NCBI GenBank assembly: GCA_044221725.1
Contig: JBGAON010000002.1
Location: 416,001-480,000 of the forward strand
Direction: 5' to 3'
From: Elusimicrobiota bacterium
GTDB lineage: Bacteria; Elusimicrobiota; Elusimicrobia; F11
DNA: 64,000 bases
In this document: in pieces, positions 18,743-28,191 of the stretch
Numbering within the stretch: the first letter of the stretch is position 1
Layout: each line of letters opens with the position of its first letter
Notes under the pieces: generated by a model
Seen by the model: the letters and a program-made list of their open reading frames with translations, nothing else
Database searches by the model: none
What the model was told of the DNA's origin: nothing
Program-made: the position numbers and the translations under genes

Positions 18743-20095
18743 ATGCTGCGTGAAACGAATGCGTTGCCGCGAATAAGAGTCGTCGGCGGCGGATTTGCTG
18801 GACTTGAGACGGCGCGGGCTCTCGCGAACGCACCGGTAAAGATTCTGCTTTGCGACCGGCGTAACCATCATGTGTTTCAACCTTTGCTGTATCAAGTCGC
18901 CACGGCGTCGCTCTCTCCAGCGGACATCAGTGCACCCATTCGGTCGATTCTACGGGAACAAGACAACTGCGAAGTTGCGCTGGCCGAGGTAACCGGAGTG
19001 GACCTGGGGAATCGCCGTCTTCTGCTTGGTCGTGATTTTGTCGGCTACGATTATCTTGTGCTTGCGGCCGGAGCGACCCATGCCTATTTTGGTCACGAGC
19101 AATGGGCGGAAATTGCGCCGGGACTTAAGACGATCGAAGACGCGACGGCGCTGCGCCGCCGAATTCTTTTGGCATTTGAATCCGCCGAATACGAAGGAAG
19201 CGCCGACGCTCGCCGCGCTGCGCTTACCTTCGGAATTGTCGGAGCCGGTCCGACCGGGGTGGAGTTGGCGGGTGCGATAAAGGAGATCGCGGGTCGCACG
19301 TTGCCGAAAGACTACAAACACATCGACACGCGAACCACGCGCGTGATTATTTTCCAAGGGGGCGACCGCGTTCTTCCTTCGTTGCCTTCCAAATTAAGCG
19401 CGCGTGCCAAAAAAGACCTCGAAGATATGGGAGTGGAGGTGCGCCTCAACTCGCGCGTCACCGATGTGACCGAAGAGGGCGTTTACATTGGCGATGAATT
19501 TATTGCCGTGCGAAATGTGTTTTGGGCGGCCGGTGTGCGGGCGAATTCACTGGGACGAAAATTGGGCGTTCCGGTCGACAAAGTGGGGCGAGTGATTGTG
19601 AATTCAGATCTCAGCGTGCCGGGCCATCCGGAAGTGTTTGTCATCGGCGATATGGCCGCCGCGAAACTGGGTTCGGCGAACAATTTTGTTCCGGGAGTGG
19701 CCCAGGCAGCGATTCAGATGGGGCGATACGTTGGCAAAACCATTTTCAGCGAAGTTTCGAGTTCATCGAAACCAAGCGTTCGCGCGCCATTCCAATACCA
19801 TGATAAAGGCACGATGGCCGTCATCGGAAAAGCAAAGGCCGTGGCGAGCATTGGCAGGTTCCACTTCGGTGGTTTTTTTGCCTGGCTGCTGTGGGGCGGT
19901 GTGCATATCCGGTCATTGATCGGGCTCCATAACCGCGTGCAGGTGTTGCTGAACTGGTTTTGGAATTGGTTGCTAAACGCGCGCGATGCGCGGCTTATCA
20001 CGGGGAATTCGAAACTTACAATTGAGAAGCCACGTTCGGCGGATTTTGTCTCCGCGACGCCGGTAGACGACAAATCAGCGGCCAAACAAAATTGA
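18743..20095 (+). CDS. ndh: type II NADH:quinone oxidoreductase (NDH-2)
   Basis: VVGGGFAGL, NHHVFQPLLYQVATA, GLKTIEDA, IVGAGPTGVELAG, WAAGV, VFVIGD, PGVAQAAIQMG. Start ATG 18743 after SD GAGGTG. Confidence 0.93.
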   Translation: MLRETNALPRIRVVGGGFAGLETARALANAPVKILLCDRRNHHVFQPLLYQVATASLSPADISAPIRSILREQDNCEVALAEVTGVDLGNRRLLLGRDFVGYDYLVLAAGATHAYFGHEQWAEIAPGLKTIEDATALRRRILLAFESAEYEGSADARRAALTFGIVGAGPTGVELAGAIKEIAGRTLPKDYKHIDTRTTRVIIFQGGDRVLPSLPSKLSARAKKDLEDMGVEVRLNSRVTDVTEEGVYIGDEFIAVRNVFWAAGVRANSLGRKLGVPVDKVGRVIVNSDLSVPGHPEVFVIGDMAAAKLGSANNFVPGVAQAAIQMGRYVGKTIFSEVSSSSKPSVRAPFQYHDKGTMAVIGKAKAVASIGRFHFGGFFAWLLWGGVHIRSLIGLHNRVQVLLNWFWNWLLNARDARLITGNSKLTIEKPRSADFVSATPVDDKSAAKQN

Positions 20096-20137
20096 TCAGC
20101 CCCATGTTGGCGCGCGGATAAGTTATAGTGCCGACCT

Positions 20138-21403
20138 ATGGGATTTTCACGATTTAATTTATCGAGCTCGCTTCTGCAAGCAATCACGCAACTCGGCTAT
20201 GCCGAGCCGACTCCGATCCAACAGCAGGCGATTCCAGAAGCGTTGAAGGGGCGCGATCTCCGCGCATGCGCTCAAACAGGGACCGGAAAAACGTGCGCGT
20301 TCATGATTCCAATTGTGGAACAGTTGATTTGCCATCCGCCCACGCATCGACCGAGCGCGTTGATTTTGACGCCTACGCGAGAGCTCGCCGCACAAATAGT
20401 TTCGGTGACGCATGGCTTGATAAAAGGCTCGCGGCTTCGCACGGCGCTTGTTCTGGGGGGCGTGAACATCAACCAGCAAATTCGAGAACTTCGTTCGCCC
20501 GTGGACATTGTTGTAGCGACGCCCGGCCGCTTGTTGGATTTGCTTGAACGAAACAGCCTTACTCTCCGCTACATTAAAACGTTGGTGCTTGATGAAGCGG
20601 ACCGCATGCTGGATATGGGGTTTTTACCGGACATCAAGCGTATTCGAGCGCAGGTTCCGTATCAACGGCAGACGATGCTTTTTTCCGCCACGTTTGGACC
20701 TGAAATTAAAAATCTAACGCACGAGTTTCTCAAAAACCCGGTTGTGATCGAGGTATCTCGCTCATCAACAGCCACATCCGCAAACGTGACGCAAATGGTC
20801 TATCCGGTCCCTTCGGGTCAAAAAAAGGCGTTTTTGCAAGCGCTGCTGGAGCTCTCGAACATGACGTCGGCCTTGATATTCACGCGCACCAAGCACGGCG
20901 CCAACAAACTGATGTTTAGTATTCAAGGTTGGGGGAAACAGGTCGCTGTCATCCATTCGAATAAAAGCCAGTCCGCACGGCAACAAGCGCTGCAAGGATT
21001 CAAAGACAAGCGTTATCAGATCCTGGTTGCCACGGATATTGCGGCGCGCGGTATTGATGTGAAAGATATTAGCCACGTGATTAACTACGATGTTCCGCGT
21101 CACGCCGAGGACTATGTTCATCGTATTGGACGCACCGGTCGTGCCGAGGCGGTCGGAGAGGCATTCACGCTTGTTTCTCCTGAAGAAGAAGAATTCATTA
21201 AAAAGATAGAAAACTTCATCAAAAAACCGATCCCACGAGGCGTTATTCCTGATTTTCCATACGAACAGCGCCCGCAGATTTTTAAAAACTCTCCAACAAC
21301 GCCTTCGGCGTCGCAACACCACCAACATCGGTCACCATCGCACAACCGACCGGAAAATCGCCCGCGCCGCCGAAAAATTCGCTGGCGTCGACGCCATCAT
21401 TGA
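20138..21403 (+). CDS. DEAD-box RNA helicase (RhlE-like)
   Basis: Q motif PTPIQ, AQTGTGKT, PTRELA, TPGRLLD, LDEADRMLDMGF, SAT, ARGID, HRIGRTGRA; basic C-terminal tail. Confidence 0.96.
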   Translation: MGFSRFNLSSSLLQAITQLGYAEPTPIQQQAIPEALKGRDLRACAQTGTGKTCAFMIPIVEQLICHPPTHRPSALILTPTRELAAQIVSVTHGLIKGSRLRTALVLGGVNINQQIRELRSPVDIVVATPGRLLDLLERNSLTLRYIKTLVLDEADRMLDMGFLPDIKRIRAQVPYQRQTMLFSATFGPEIKNLTHEFLKNPVVIEVSRSSTATSANVTQMVYPVPSGQKKAFLQALLELSNMTSALIFTRTKHGANKLMFSIQGWGKQVAVIHSNKSQSARQQALQGFKDKRYQILVATDIAARGIDVKDISHVINYDVPRHAEDYVHRIGRTGRAEAVGEAFTLVSPEEEEFIKKIENFIKKPIPRGVIPDFPYEQRPQIFKNSPTTPSASQHHQHRSPSHNRPENRPRRRKIRWRRRHH

Positions 21404-21404
21404 T

Positions 21405-22175
21405 GTGAGCTTCGGAGTCCACGTCCTGGCTTTTTCAGTGCTTTTTTTTCTTTCGCTGGTCGGGTTCATCCTTTTGGGATGGCGCTATGGTCGAAGCGCG
21501 GCGCGGCCGGGTGACTCAATGGAGGGCTTAAGAGGAACGGAGGCCGCCATATTCGGTGTGCTCGGTCTTTTGCTCGCTTTCACATTTCATGGCGCTGCTT
21601 CCCGGTTCGATGAACGACGCCATTTGGTTGTTGATGAAAGCAACGCTATTGGAACCGCCTACCTTCGTTTGGATTTGCTTCCATCATCCGTTCGAAATGA
21701 AGCACAAGATTTGTTCAGGCAATATGTGGATGAACGCCTGGCCACGTATTCGAACTGGTTGGATGACCAAACACGCGATCAAAGATCCCAGGCAGCGCAG
21801 CAGATCCAAAATCGGATTTGGGCGCTTACCATCGCATCGATAGAGAAAGGCGCATCATCGCAGGTGGGAATCTTGTTGCTGCCGGCCCTCAACCAGATGT
21901 TCGATATCGCCAACACCCGCATGATGTACGTCCGTATCCATCCACCGATGATTATTTATCTTTTGTTGACCGCCATTGCCCTCTTGTGTGCGACGATTGC
22001 TGGACACAGCATGGCACGGTATCCGGTGCGCAATTGGCTGCATATTCTCGGCTTTTCATTTATGCTTGCGCTCATTTTTTACGTAATTATCGATATCGAA
22101 TACCCGCGCGCTGGATTTATTCGCTTAAATGACATCGATCAAACGCTGCTTGATCTTCGACAAAGCATGAAATAA
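21405..22175 (+). CDS. DUF4239/bestrophin-like membrane protein
   Basis: GLLLAFTF.GA..RFDERR.LVVDE.NAIGTAYLR.DLLP and IID.EYPR.G.IRL motifs; 4 TM segments. Confidence 0.75.
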   Translation: MSFGVHVLAFSVLFFLSLVGFILLGWRYGRSAARPGDSMEGLRGTEAAIFGVLGLLLAFTFHGAASRFDERRHLVVDESNAIGTAYLRLDLLPSSVRNEAQDLFRQYVDERLATYSNWLDDQTRDQRSQAAQQIQNRIWALTIASIEKGASSQVGILLLPALNQMFDIANTRMMYVRIHPPMIIYLLLTAIALLCATIAGHSMARYPVRNWLHILGFSFMLALIFYVIIDIEYPRAGFIRLNDIDQTLLDLRQSMK

Positions 22176-22222
22176 ATCGCCACGGCGCAAAGACTTGCCA
22201 ACAGTTGATATGATCCGCGCCG

Positions 22223-23317
22223 ATGAACGAATTCAAGACAGACCGGTTTAATTTTTATTTTGTTGGCGCGCTGCTGCTGATCGGCTTCAATGTTTGGCAC
22301 ACCACCACGAGGCCCCTGTGGCCGGGCTCGATCCGTAAGTCCTTAACGATTGGAGAGCCGGTTATCGCGCTCGCCAAGACCGTGGATCCAAAAATCGAAA
22401 TTTCTCGGCCCTATGATGGTCAGTTTGTGTACGCAATCTCTCTTGACCCGTTGATTTTAACCCGCGCTTCTATTTCTTCGATCGATTTGCCCACCTATCG
22501 TTACCGCCGCATGCTGTTGCCGTTTCTCGCGTGGGTTTTGAGCCTCGGTCATTTGCCGATAATTCCGTATTTCCTTTTTGTTCTAAACCTGGCCGCTTGG
22601 ATTGCGATTGGTATGGCGGGGGCACAAATCGCAAAAATTGAAAAGATAAACGCGGCGGTGGTCGTTCTTGGGCTCGTAACGATTGCAGGTCTCAGCTTTT
22701 CGGCTGTGCGCTCGCTCACGGAGCCGATGTCGGTGGCGTTTACGTTGTGGGCTTGTGTCTGGTACCGGAAAAACAATTTTTTACCGATGATCGTGTGCTT
22801 CGCATTGGCCATGCTCGCGCGCGAGCGCGCCGTCGTGGCGGCGCTCGTTGTCTGCGCCTACGGAATCTACGAACGCAAATATTCGCTCGTGAGAGGCCTC
22901 TTGATGTTTGCGGCTATTTGCGGGCCGCTCGCCTTGTGGATGCTCTACGTAAAATGGCGCATCCCGGCTGATTCGTATCCGTACGCCTCCCGAATGACAC
23001 TGCCGGGTATCGGTTTTTGGCGGGAAACGGTTTGGGCCGGAACATACAACACGACAAAAACCGAACTCGTGCGGTCGCTCAGCATCAATATTGTATTCAT
23101 CCTAATGACCGTATTTGCATCGGTTTTCTTTTGGCGTCGGCGGAATGTGTGGGGCGCTTTGGCGCTGTGCGAGTTGATTTTTTGTTCGATGTTGCAAGGC
23201 GGGCTGTGGAACAATTGGGTGGATTCCTCGCGCATGGTTTTGCCGCCGACCGCATTTTTTCTCGTTTGGCTGTTCACGATAAAGTCCGTGTCCGCCGCGC
23301 CGGGCCGATCAACATGA
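22223..23317 (+). CDS. GT-C-like membrane protein (resembles the AZOBR_p60025 cell-surface glycopolymer formation family)
   Basis: YDGQFVYAISLDP...YRYRRMLLP.LAW, LTEP and LARE motifs; multiple TM helices. Confidence 0.6.
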   Translation: MNEFKTDRFNFYFVGALLLIGFNVWHTTTRPLWPGSIRKSLTIGEPVIALAKTVDPKIEISRPYDGQFVYAISLDPLILTRASISSIDLPTYRYRRMLLPFLAWVLSLGHLPIIPYFLFVLNLAAWIAIGMAGAQIAKIEKINAAVVVLGLVTIAGLSFSAVRSLTEPMSVAFTLWACVWYRKNNFLPMIVCFALAMLARERAVVAALVVCAYGIYERKYSLVRGLLMFAAICGPLALWMLYVKWRIPADSYPYASRMTLPGIGFWRETVWAGTYNTTKTELVRSLSINIVFILMTVFASVFFWRRRNVWGALALCELIFCSMLQGGLWNNWVDSSRMVLPPTAFFLVWLFTIKSVSAAPGRST

Positions 23318-24615
23318 AATCGCTGACTTTCACTCAAAAATTCACCACGGCCCTGTTGTTTGCGTTTGCGCTGGCGATCCTCACGATTCACATCAACAAC
23401 GACTGGGAGTTGGTTCATGAAGAAGATAGCGCGATTTACACCACTATCGCGTTAAGTCATAACTTTCTCGGTTTTCGACGGACGAACTTTCACGATGTGT
23501 TTTATGATCGCCATGAGAAGAACGCGTACTTTTATGCGCATCATCCACCATTGGCTTCGATCTTATTGGCGCTCGTGTTCCGAGCGGTCGGATACGACGC
23601 GCCGTGGGTGGTGCGATCGCTGCCAATTTCGTTTCAGCTGATTAACTTGGCGCTGCTGCTCTTTTTCCTCAGTCGAAAGTTTGACTACGACGATGTTTTG
23701 TTTGCGGGATTTGTTTGGGCCGCGATCCCTATGGGCGCCTTTTTTGGGCGTGTTTTTACGCAAACGGTCTTGGCGTCGGTTCCAATTCTCGTGCAGCTGA
23801 TTTCTTATTACTTCTTCAAAACGACAAACCAGAGACGTTGGAAAATTGTTTTTTACGTCATGATCGTTTTTGGTGCGCTGATCGATTGGAGTCCGCTGTT
23901 TTTCTCGCTTACGTATTTGCTTGTTGAAAGCTGGGAATGGTGGAAGACGCGAGCGAACACGGGCTTTGTGGTCGGCATCTTTTCTGTCATGGCGTTCATA
24001 ACGGTGTTTAATATCGTCCACATGTATTCCTGCGGTCACAATCTGCGGCTTTTTGAACAAGCGCTGCACGGCAACGCGCACAATCAGAAATTCACATTCG
24101 TTCAGTTCATCGGCACAGTGTTGGATTTTTATCGTCGCTATTTTACGCACGTGGGATTTGCGGCGAGCATTTTGGTCGGCATCGCACTAGCGCGGCGTTC
24201 AAGCGTCCTTCATGAAAAACTGTTCGGAACGATCAACGATCCGATGTTCGAGCGCGTCATGGGCATTGCGTTCGTGGGCGCCATGATCCACATCTGCATG
24301 ACGCCGTCGTACTCGAAGGTCCATCATTATTGGTATTTTTATTTTATGCCGTACGCCGTGCTTTCGATTTTTGTGCTTTTCTTGTTTTTAAAGGACCGTT
24401 TTTATTTGAAGCCGGCACGGCTGGTGTCGGCGGTGGTGTTTAGCGAATTCCTAATTATGTCGGTTTATATGCTCAATATTCGGCACACGCGTTGTTTGAA
24501 ATACTCGACGCAGTGGACGAAAGAGGTGCGGGAAAAGTATTTGATGCCGTGTTCCATCGCTCATCTGCCATACAATAAAGAGAATCTTCAAAAAATAAAT
24601 ACCGCGAATACGTAG
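23314..24615 (+). CDS. ArnT/PMT-like (GT-C) glycosyltransferase
   Basis: ATGA overlap with the previous gene; acidic first loop HEED, Y.HHPPL, W.VR, D.W; more than 10 TM segments. Confidence 0.7.
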   Translation: MKSLTFTQKFTTALLFAFALAILTIHINNDWELVHEEDSAIYTTIALSHNFLGFRRTNFHDVFYDRHEKNAYFYAHHPPLASILLALVFRAVGYDAPWVVRSLPISFQLINLALLLFFLSRKFDYDDVLFAGFVWAAIPMGAFFGRVFTQTVLASVPILVQLISYYFFKTTNQRRWKIVFYVMIVFGALIDWSPLFFSLTYLLVESWEWWKTRANTGFVVGIFSVMAFITVFNIVHMYSCGHNLRLFEQALHGNAHNQKFTFVQFIGTVLDFYRRYFTHVGFAASILVGIALARRSSVLHEKLFGTINDPMFERVMGIAFVGAMIHICMTPSYSKVHHYWYFYFMPYAVLSIFVLFLFLKDRFYLKPARLVSAVVFSEFLIMSVYMLNIRHTRCLKYSTQWTKEVREKYLMPCSIAHLPYNKENLQKINTANT

Positions 24616-24618
24616 GGC

Positions 24619-25407
24619 TTATTTGTTCCAGCACAACACGCGGTTTCGGCCAGCGTGTTTTGCAGCGTACAATGCTTCGTCGGCTGCGTTAAAAAGATCT
24701 TCTCTGGTTCTTAGCTGGTCCGCGGGATAGTTCACAAGCCCTATGCTGACGGTGACCGTCACGCGTTTTCCGGCCAACTCAAAACAGTCTTTTTCGATCA
24801 TCTTTCGAATTCGTTCGGCAATGGCGAGCGCTTTCTCCTGATTTGTGTGCGGCAAGATCACCATGAACTCCTCGCCGCCAAGCCGGCCCACCGTATCAAC
24901 ATGCCGCAAGCTTTTTTTGAGAATGTTCGAGATTCGTTTCAAAACCGTATCGCCAAACGGGTGACCGTATTTGTCGTTGATTTTTTTGAAGTGATCGATA
25001 TCAATCAACAAACACGTCAGCGGCGAGCGGTACGAATTTTCCAATTCCAGTTCCAGTCGCTCGTGCGTGGCGCGCGCGTTTAAAAGCCCGGTGAGTCCAT
25101 CGCTGTCGGCCCGCTGCGAGAGCTCAAAATTATCGTCTCGAGCCGCTCGGGAATTCATTTCGAGGTCATCGTGGTGTTGACCGATAAGATAACCCAAGAG
25201 CGCGAACAAGCACGCGCTAGAGATGCCCATAAACAAATAAAAACTGTCCATGCGGTGAAGCTCGGTTTTCAACCACATGTGCCACCAGGCCGAGCGCGCG
25301 GAATAGGCGCGCCAAACGATCCAGTGCAGCGGGATTTCGAATCCCAGAAAAACGCCTGCGACAGCGTAGATAATGCGATTGCCCACGGTGGGTCCGGTTT
25401 CGGACAT
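24619..25407 (-). CDS. membrane-bound diguanylate cyclase
   Basis: 2 TM segments, DGLTGLLN, DIDHFKKINDKYGHPFGD, I-site RHVD, active site GGEEF, ADEALYAAK..GRN. Confidence 0.93.
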   Translation of the reverse strand: MSETGPTVGNRIIYAVAGVFLGFEIPLHWIVWRAYSARSAWWHMWLKTELHRMDSFYLFMGISSACLFALLGYLIGQHHDDLEMNSRAARDDNFELSQRADSDGLTGLLNARATHERLELELENSYRSPLTCLLIDIDHFKKINDKYGHPFGDTVLKRISNILKKSLRHVDTVGRLGGEEFMVILPHTNQEKALAIAERIRKMIEKDCFELAGKRVTVTVSIGLVNYPADQLRTREDLFNAADEALYAAKHAGRNRVLCWNK

Positions 25408-25507
25408 ACTCGAGTTTTGTTGGTACGGGGCGCCCAGCGCAAGTCATTATTATTTGGTACATTTCACTCATCCGCACCCTACCTGAGCGGTTTCCTTCTT
25501 TAACGTA

Positions 25508-26410
25508 ATGGACATTCTCGATCAGCTCGAACAACAAAGTGTTTATATTCTTCGCGAGGCGTTCCGACACTTCGAACGCCTCTGTATGCTTTGGTCCATT
25601 GGCAAGGATTCCACGGTGCTTCTTTGGCTTGCACGCAAGGCATTTTTCGGACATGTTCCGTTTCCGTTGGTTCACATCGACACCAGCTACAAAATTCCCG
25701 AAATGATCCAATATCGCGACAAGCTCGCGATGGAATACAAACTCACAATGGTTGTGGGCCAAAATGAGGAAATTCTTAAAGCCGGTAAAACCTTCCCATT
25801 GACACAACACCTGCCCGAAGGTCACCCCGATAAAATCAGTCGACTCCAATGTTGCGGGTTCTTAAAAAAAGATGCGCTGACGAACACGTTGAATGGTTCG
25901 TGGCCGCGAAAGCGTCTCAATCTCAAAAGCGGTAAATACGAATTGGATCCGGACAAACAACCGTACCACGGTGTTATCGTGGGCGCGCGTGCCGATGAAG
26001 AAGGAAGCCGGTCAAAGGAGCGTTATTTTTCACCGCGCGACAAAAACAATCTATGGGATATTGGCGAACAGCCGCCCGAATTTTGGAATCAGTTTAAAAC
26101 CGATTTCGCACCCGGAACGCACGTACGAATTCACCCGCTGTTGGATTGGACCGAGCTCCACATCTGGGAATACATCAAACGCGAAAATATTCCGACGGTG
26201 TCCTTGTATTACGACCAGGGCAATGGCACGCGTTACCGCAGCTTGGGTTGCGCGCCGTGCCAGGCTCCCATTGAGAGCAAAGCAAAGAATGTGGACGACA
26301 TCATCGCCGAACTTAAAAGCGGAAAACTGAAAAATATCGCCGAGCGTTCGGGTCGGCTGCAAGATGGCAAGCACGGGTTGGAAGAGCTGCGCCGCGAAGG
26401 GTACATGTGA
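25508..26410 (+). CDS. cysD: sulfate adenylyltransferase subunit 2
   Basis: [46 protein letters not shown]...GYM. Confidence 0.96.
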   Translation: MDILDQLEQQSVYILREAFRHFERLCMLWSIGKDSTVLLWLARKAFFGHVPFPLVHIDTSYKIPEMIQYRDKLAMEYKLTMVVGQNEEILKAGKTFPLTQHLPEGHPDKISRLQCCGFLKKDALTNTLNGSWPRKRLNLKSGKYELDPDKQPYHGVIVGARADEEGSRSKERYFSPRDKNNLWDIGEQPPEFWNQFKTDFAPGTHVRIHPLLDWTELHIWEYIKRENIPTVSLYYDQGNGTRYRSLGCAPCQAPIESKAKNVDDIIAELKSGKLKNIAERSGRLQDGKHGLEELRREGYM

Positions 26411-28191
26411 AGGCCCAAATGAACATCGTGATCGTTGGGCACGTCGACCACGGAAAAAGCACGGTGGTTGGGCGGCTTTTGGCCGATACCGGTTCGTTGC
26501 CGGAAGGAAAGCTCGAAGCCGTCCGGAAAGAATGCGAGCGAACCGGAAAACCGTTTGAGTACGCGTTCTTGTTGGACGCTCTGTCCGACGAGCAAGACCA
26601 AGGTATCACAATCGACACGGCGCGTTCGTTTTTCAAAACGGCGAAACGCGATTACATCATCATTGATGCGCCGGGTCACATTGAATTCCTAAAGAACATG
26701 ATCTCCGGTGCCGCGCGCGCCGAGGCCGCTGCGCTCATCATTGACGCGAAGGAAGGCGTTCGGGAAAACAGTCGTCGCCACGGTTATATTCTTTCAATGC
26801 TCGGTATCAAACAGGTTGTCGTCTGCGTGAACAAAATGGATCTCGTGGACCGGAGCGAGGCGCACTTTAAGAACATTGAAAAAGAGTACCGTGAGTTCCT
26901 GGCGTCCATTGGTGCGGTGAGCCCGAAACATTTTATTCCGGTGTCAGCGGTCAACGGCGAAAACCTGGCGCAGCGCAGCACGAAAATGTCGTGGTACAAA
27001 GGCCCCACATTGCTGGAATCGTTGGACGAGTTTGAAAAAGCGCCGCCAAAAAGTGATCGCGCTTTGCGCATGCCGGTGCAAGCGGTTTACAAATTTGTGA
27101 GCGAAGGCGATGACCGTCGCATTATCGCGGGCCGTATCGAATCGGGACGCGCCAAGGTCGGAGACAAAGTGGTGTTCCTGCCCTCCAACAAAAGCAGCGT
27201 TATTCGAACAATCGAGGGTTTTAATACGTCGCCGCGAAAGGAAATTGAAGCAGGTTGGTCGACGGGTTTTACGTTGAATGAAGAAATATATATCACGCGT
27301 GGCGAAATCATGAGCCTCGAGTCCAGTGCGCCCCACGTCAGCACGCGCTTTCGCACCAATTTGATTTGGCTCGGCAAAAAACCGTTTGCACCAAAAAAAG
27401 ACTACAAACTGAAAATTCATACCCAGGCCGTGCCGGTTCAGATCAGCAAGATCAAAAAGGTGATCGACGCTTCCGAGGCGGGCAGCGCGTTGGACAAAAA
27501 CTTTGTCGGTCGCCACGACGTGGCCGATGTTGTTCTCGAAACCCGACAGCCGATTGCGTTTGACACGATTTCGGAAGCGGAATCGACGGGCCGCTTTGTT
27601 ATTGTGGACGGCTACGATATTGCGGGCGGTGGGATTATCACGGCGCCTGAGAAAGATGAGCAAGACGAATTCCGTGCCGAAGCGCGTCGGCGAGACTTTC
27701 ATTGGATTCGAGGTGCCGTTTCACGATCCGCACGTGCCGAAAAGTTTGGCCATCAAGCGGCACTTGTGATGTTTGTGGGGAAAGCGGGTGTCGGCAAACA
27801 TCGATTTGCGGGGGCGGTTGAGAAATCATTGTTCGATCGAGGCATGTCATCTTATCTGTTGGACGGCACAAACGTGTTGCTTGGTGTGGACGCTGATTTG
27901 GTTTGGGTCGAATCAACGCAACACGAATTGGTTCGCCGTTTTGCCGAAGTTGTGCATATTCTTCTGGACGCGGGGCACCTGGTTGTTTCGACGACCAATT
28001 CCATTGGGCTTGCTGACCTCGCGGCCGTTCAAGCGCTTATTCCTGATTTCCCAGTGATTGCGGTGGAAATCGATCCGTCCGGATCAACGATTCAACAGAG
28101 CGATTTGCGTTTAAGTGGGAAGGAACAGGAAACAGACGTGGTAAAAAAAGTGTCCGACATTCTCGTTAAGCGCCAGATTGTCAATTCTTAA
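26407..28191 (+). CDS. cysN: sulfate adenylyltransferase subunit 1 (GTPase) fused to a degenerate APS-kinase-like domain
   Basis: [28 protein letters not shown] overlap with cysD; C-terminal [18 protein letters not shown] CysC-like region. Confidence 0.92.
   Translation: MKAQMNIVIVGHVDHGKSTVVGRLLADTGSLPEGKLEAVRKECERTGKPFEYAFLLDALSDEQDQGITIDTARSFFKTAKRDYIIIDAPGHIEFLKNMISGAARAEAAALIIDAKEGVRENSRRHGYILSMLGIKQVVVCVNKMDLVDRSEAHFKNIEKEYREFLASIGAVSPKHFIPVSAVNGENLAQRSTKMSWYKGPTLLESLDEFEKAPPKSDRALRMPVQAVYKFVSEGDDRRIIAGRIESGRAKVGDKVVFLPSNKSSVIRTIEGFNTSPRKEIEAGWSTGFTLNEEIYITRGEIMSLESSAPHVSTRFRTNLIWLGKKPFAPKKDYKLKIHTQAVPVQISKIKKVIDASEAGSALDKNFVGRHDVADVVLETRQPIAFDTISEAESTGRFVIVDGYDIAGGGIITAPEKDEQDEFRAEARRRDFHWIRGAVSRSARAEKFGHQAALVMFVGKAGVGKHRFAGAVEKSLFDRGMSSYLLDGTNVLLGVDADLVWVESTQHELVRRFAEVVHILLDAGHLVVSTTNSIGLADLAAVQALIPDFPVIAVEIDPSGSTIQQSDLRLSGKEQETDVVKKVSDILVKRQIVNS

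Noticed and set aside
25408..25507. SAM riboswitch or T-box before cysD
   Set aside because: No recognisable consensus; only a 4-bp stem (CCGC/GCGG).
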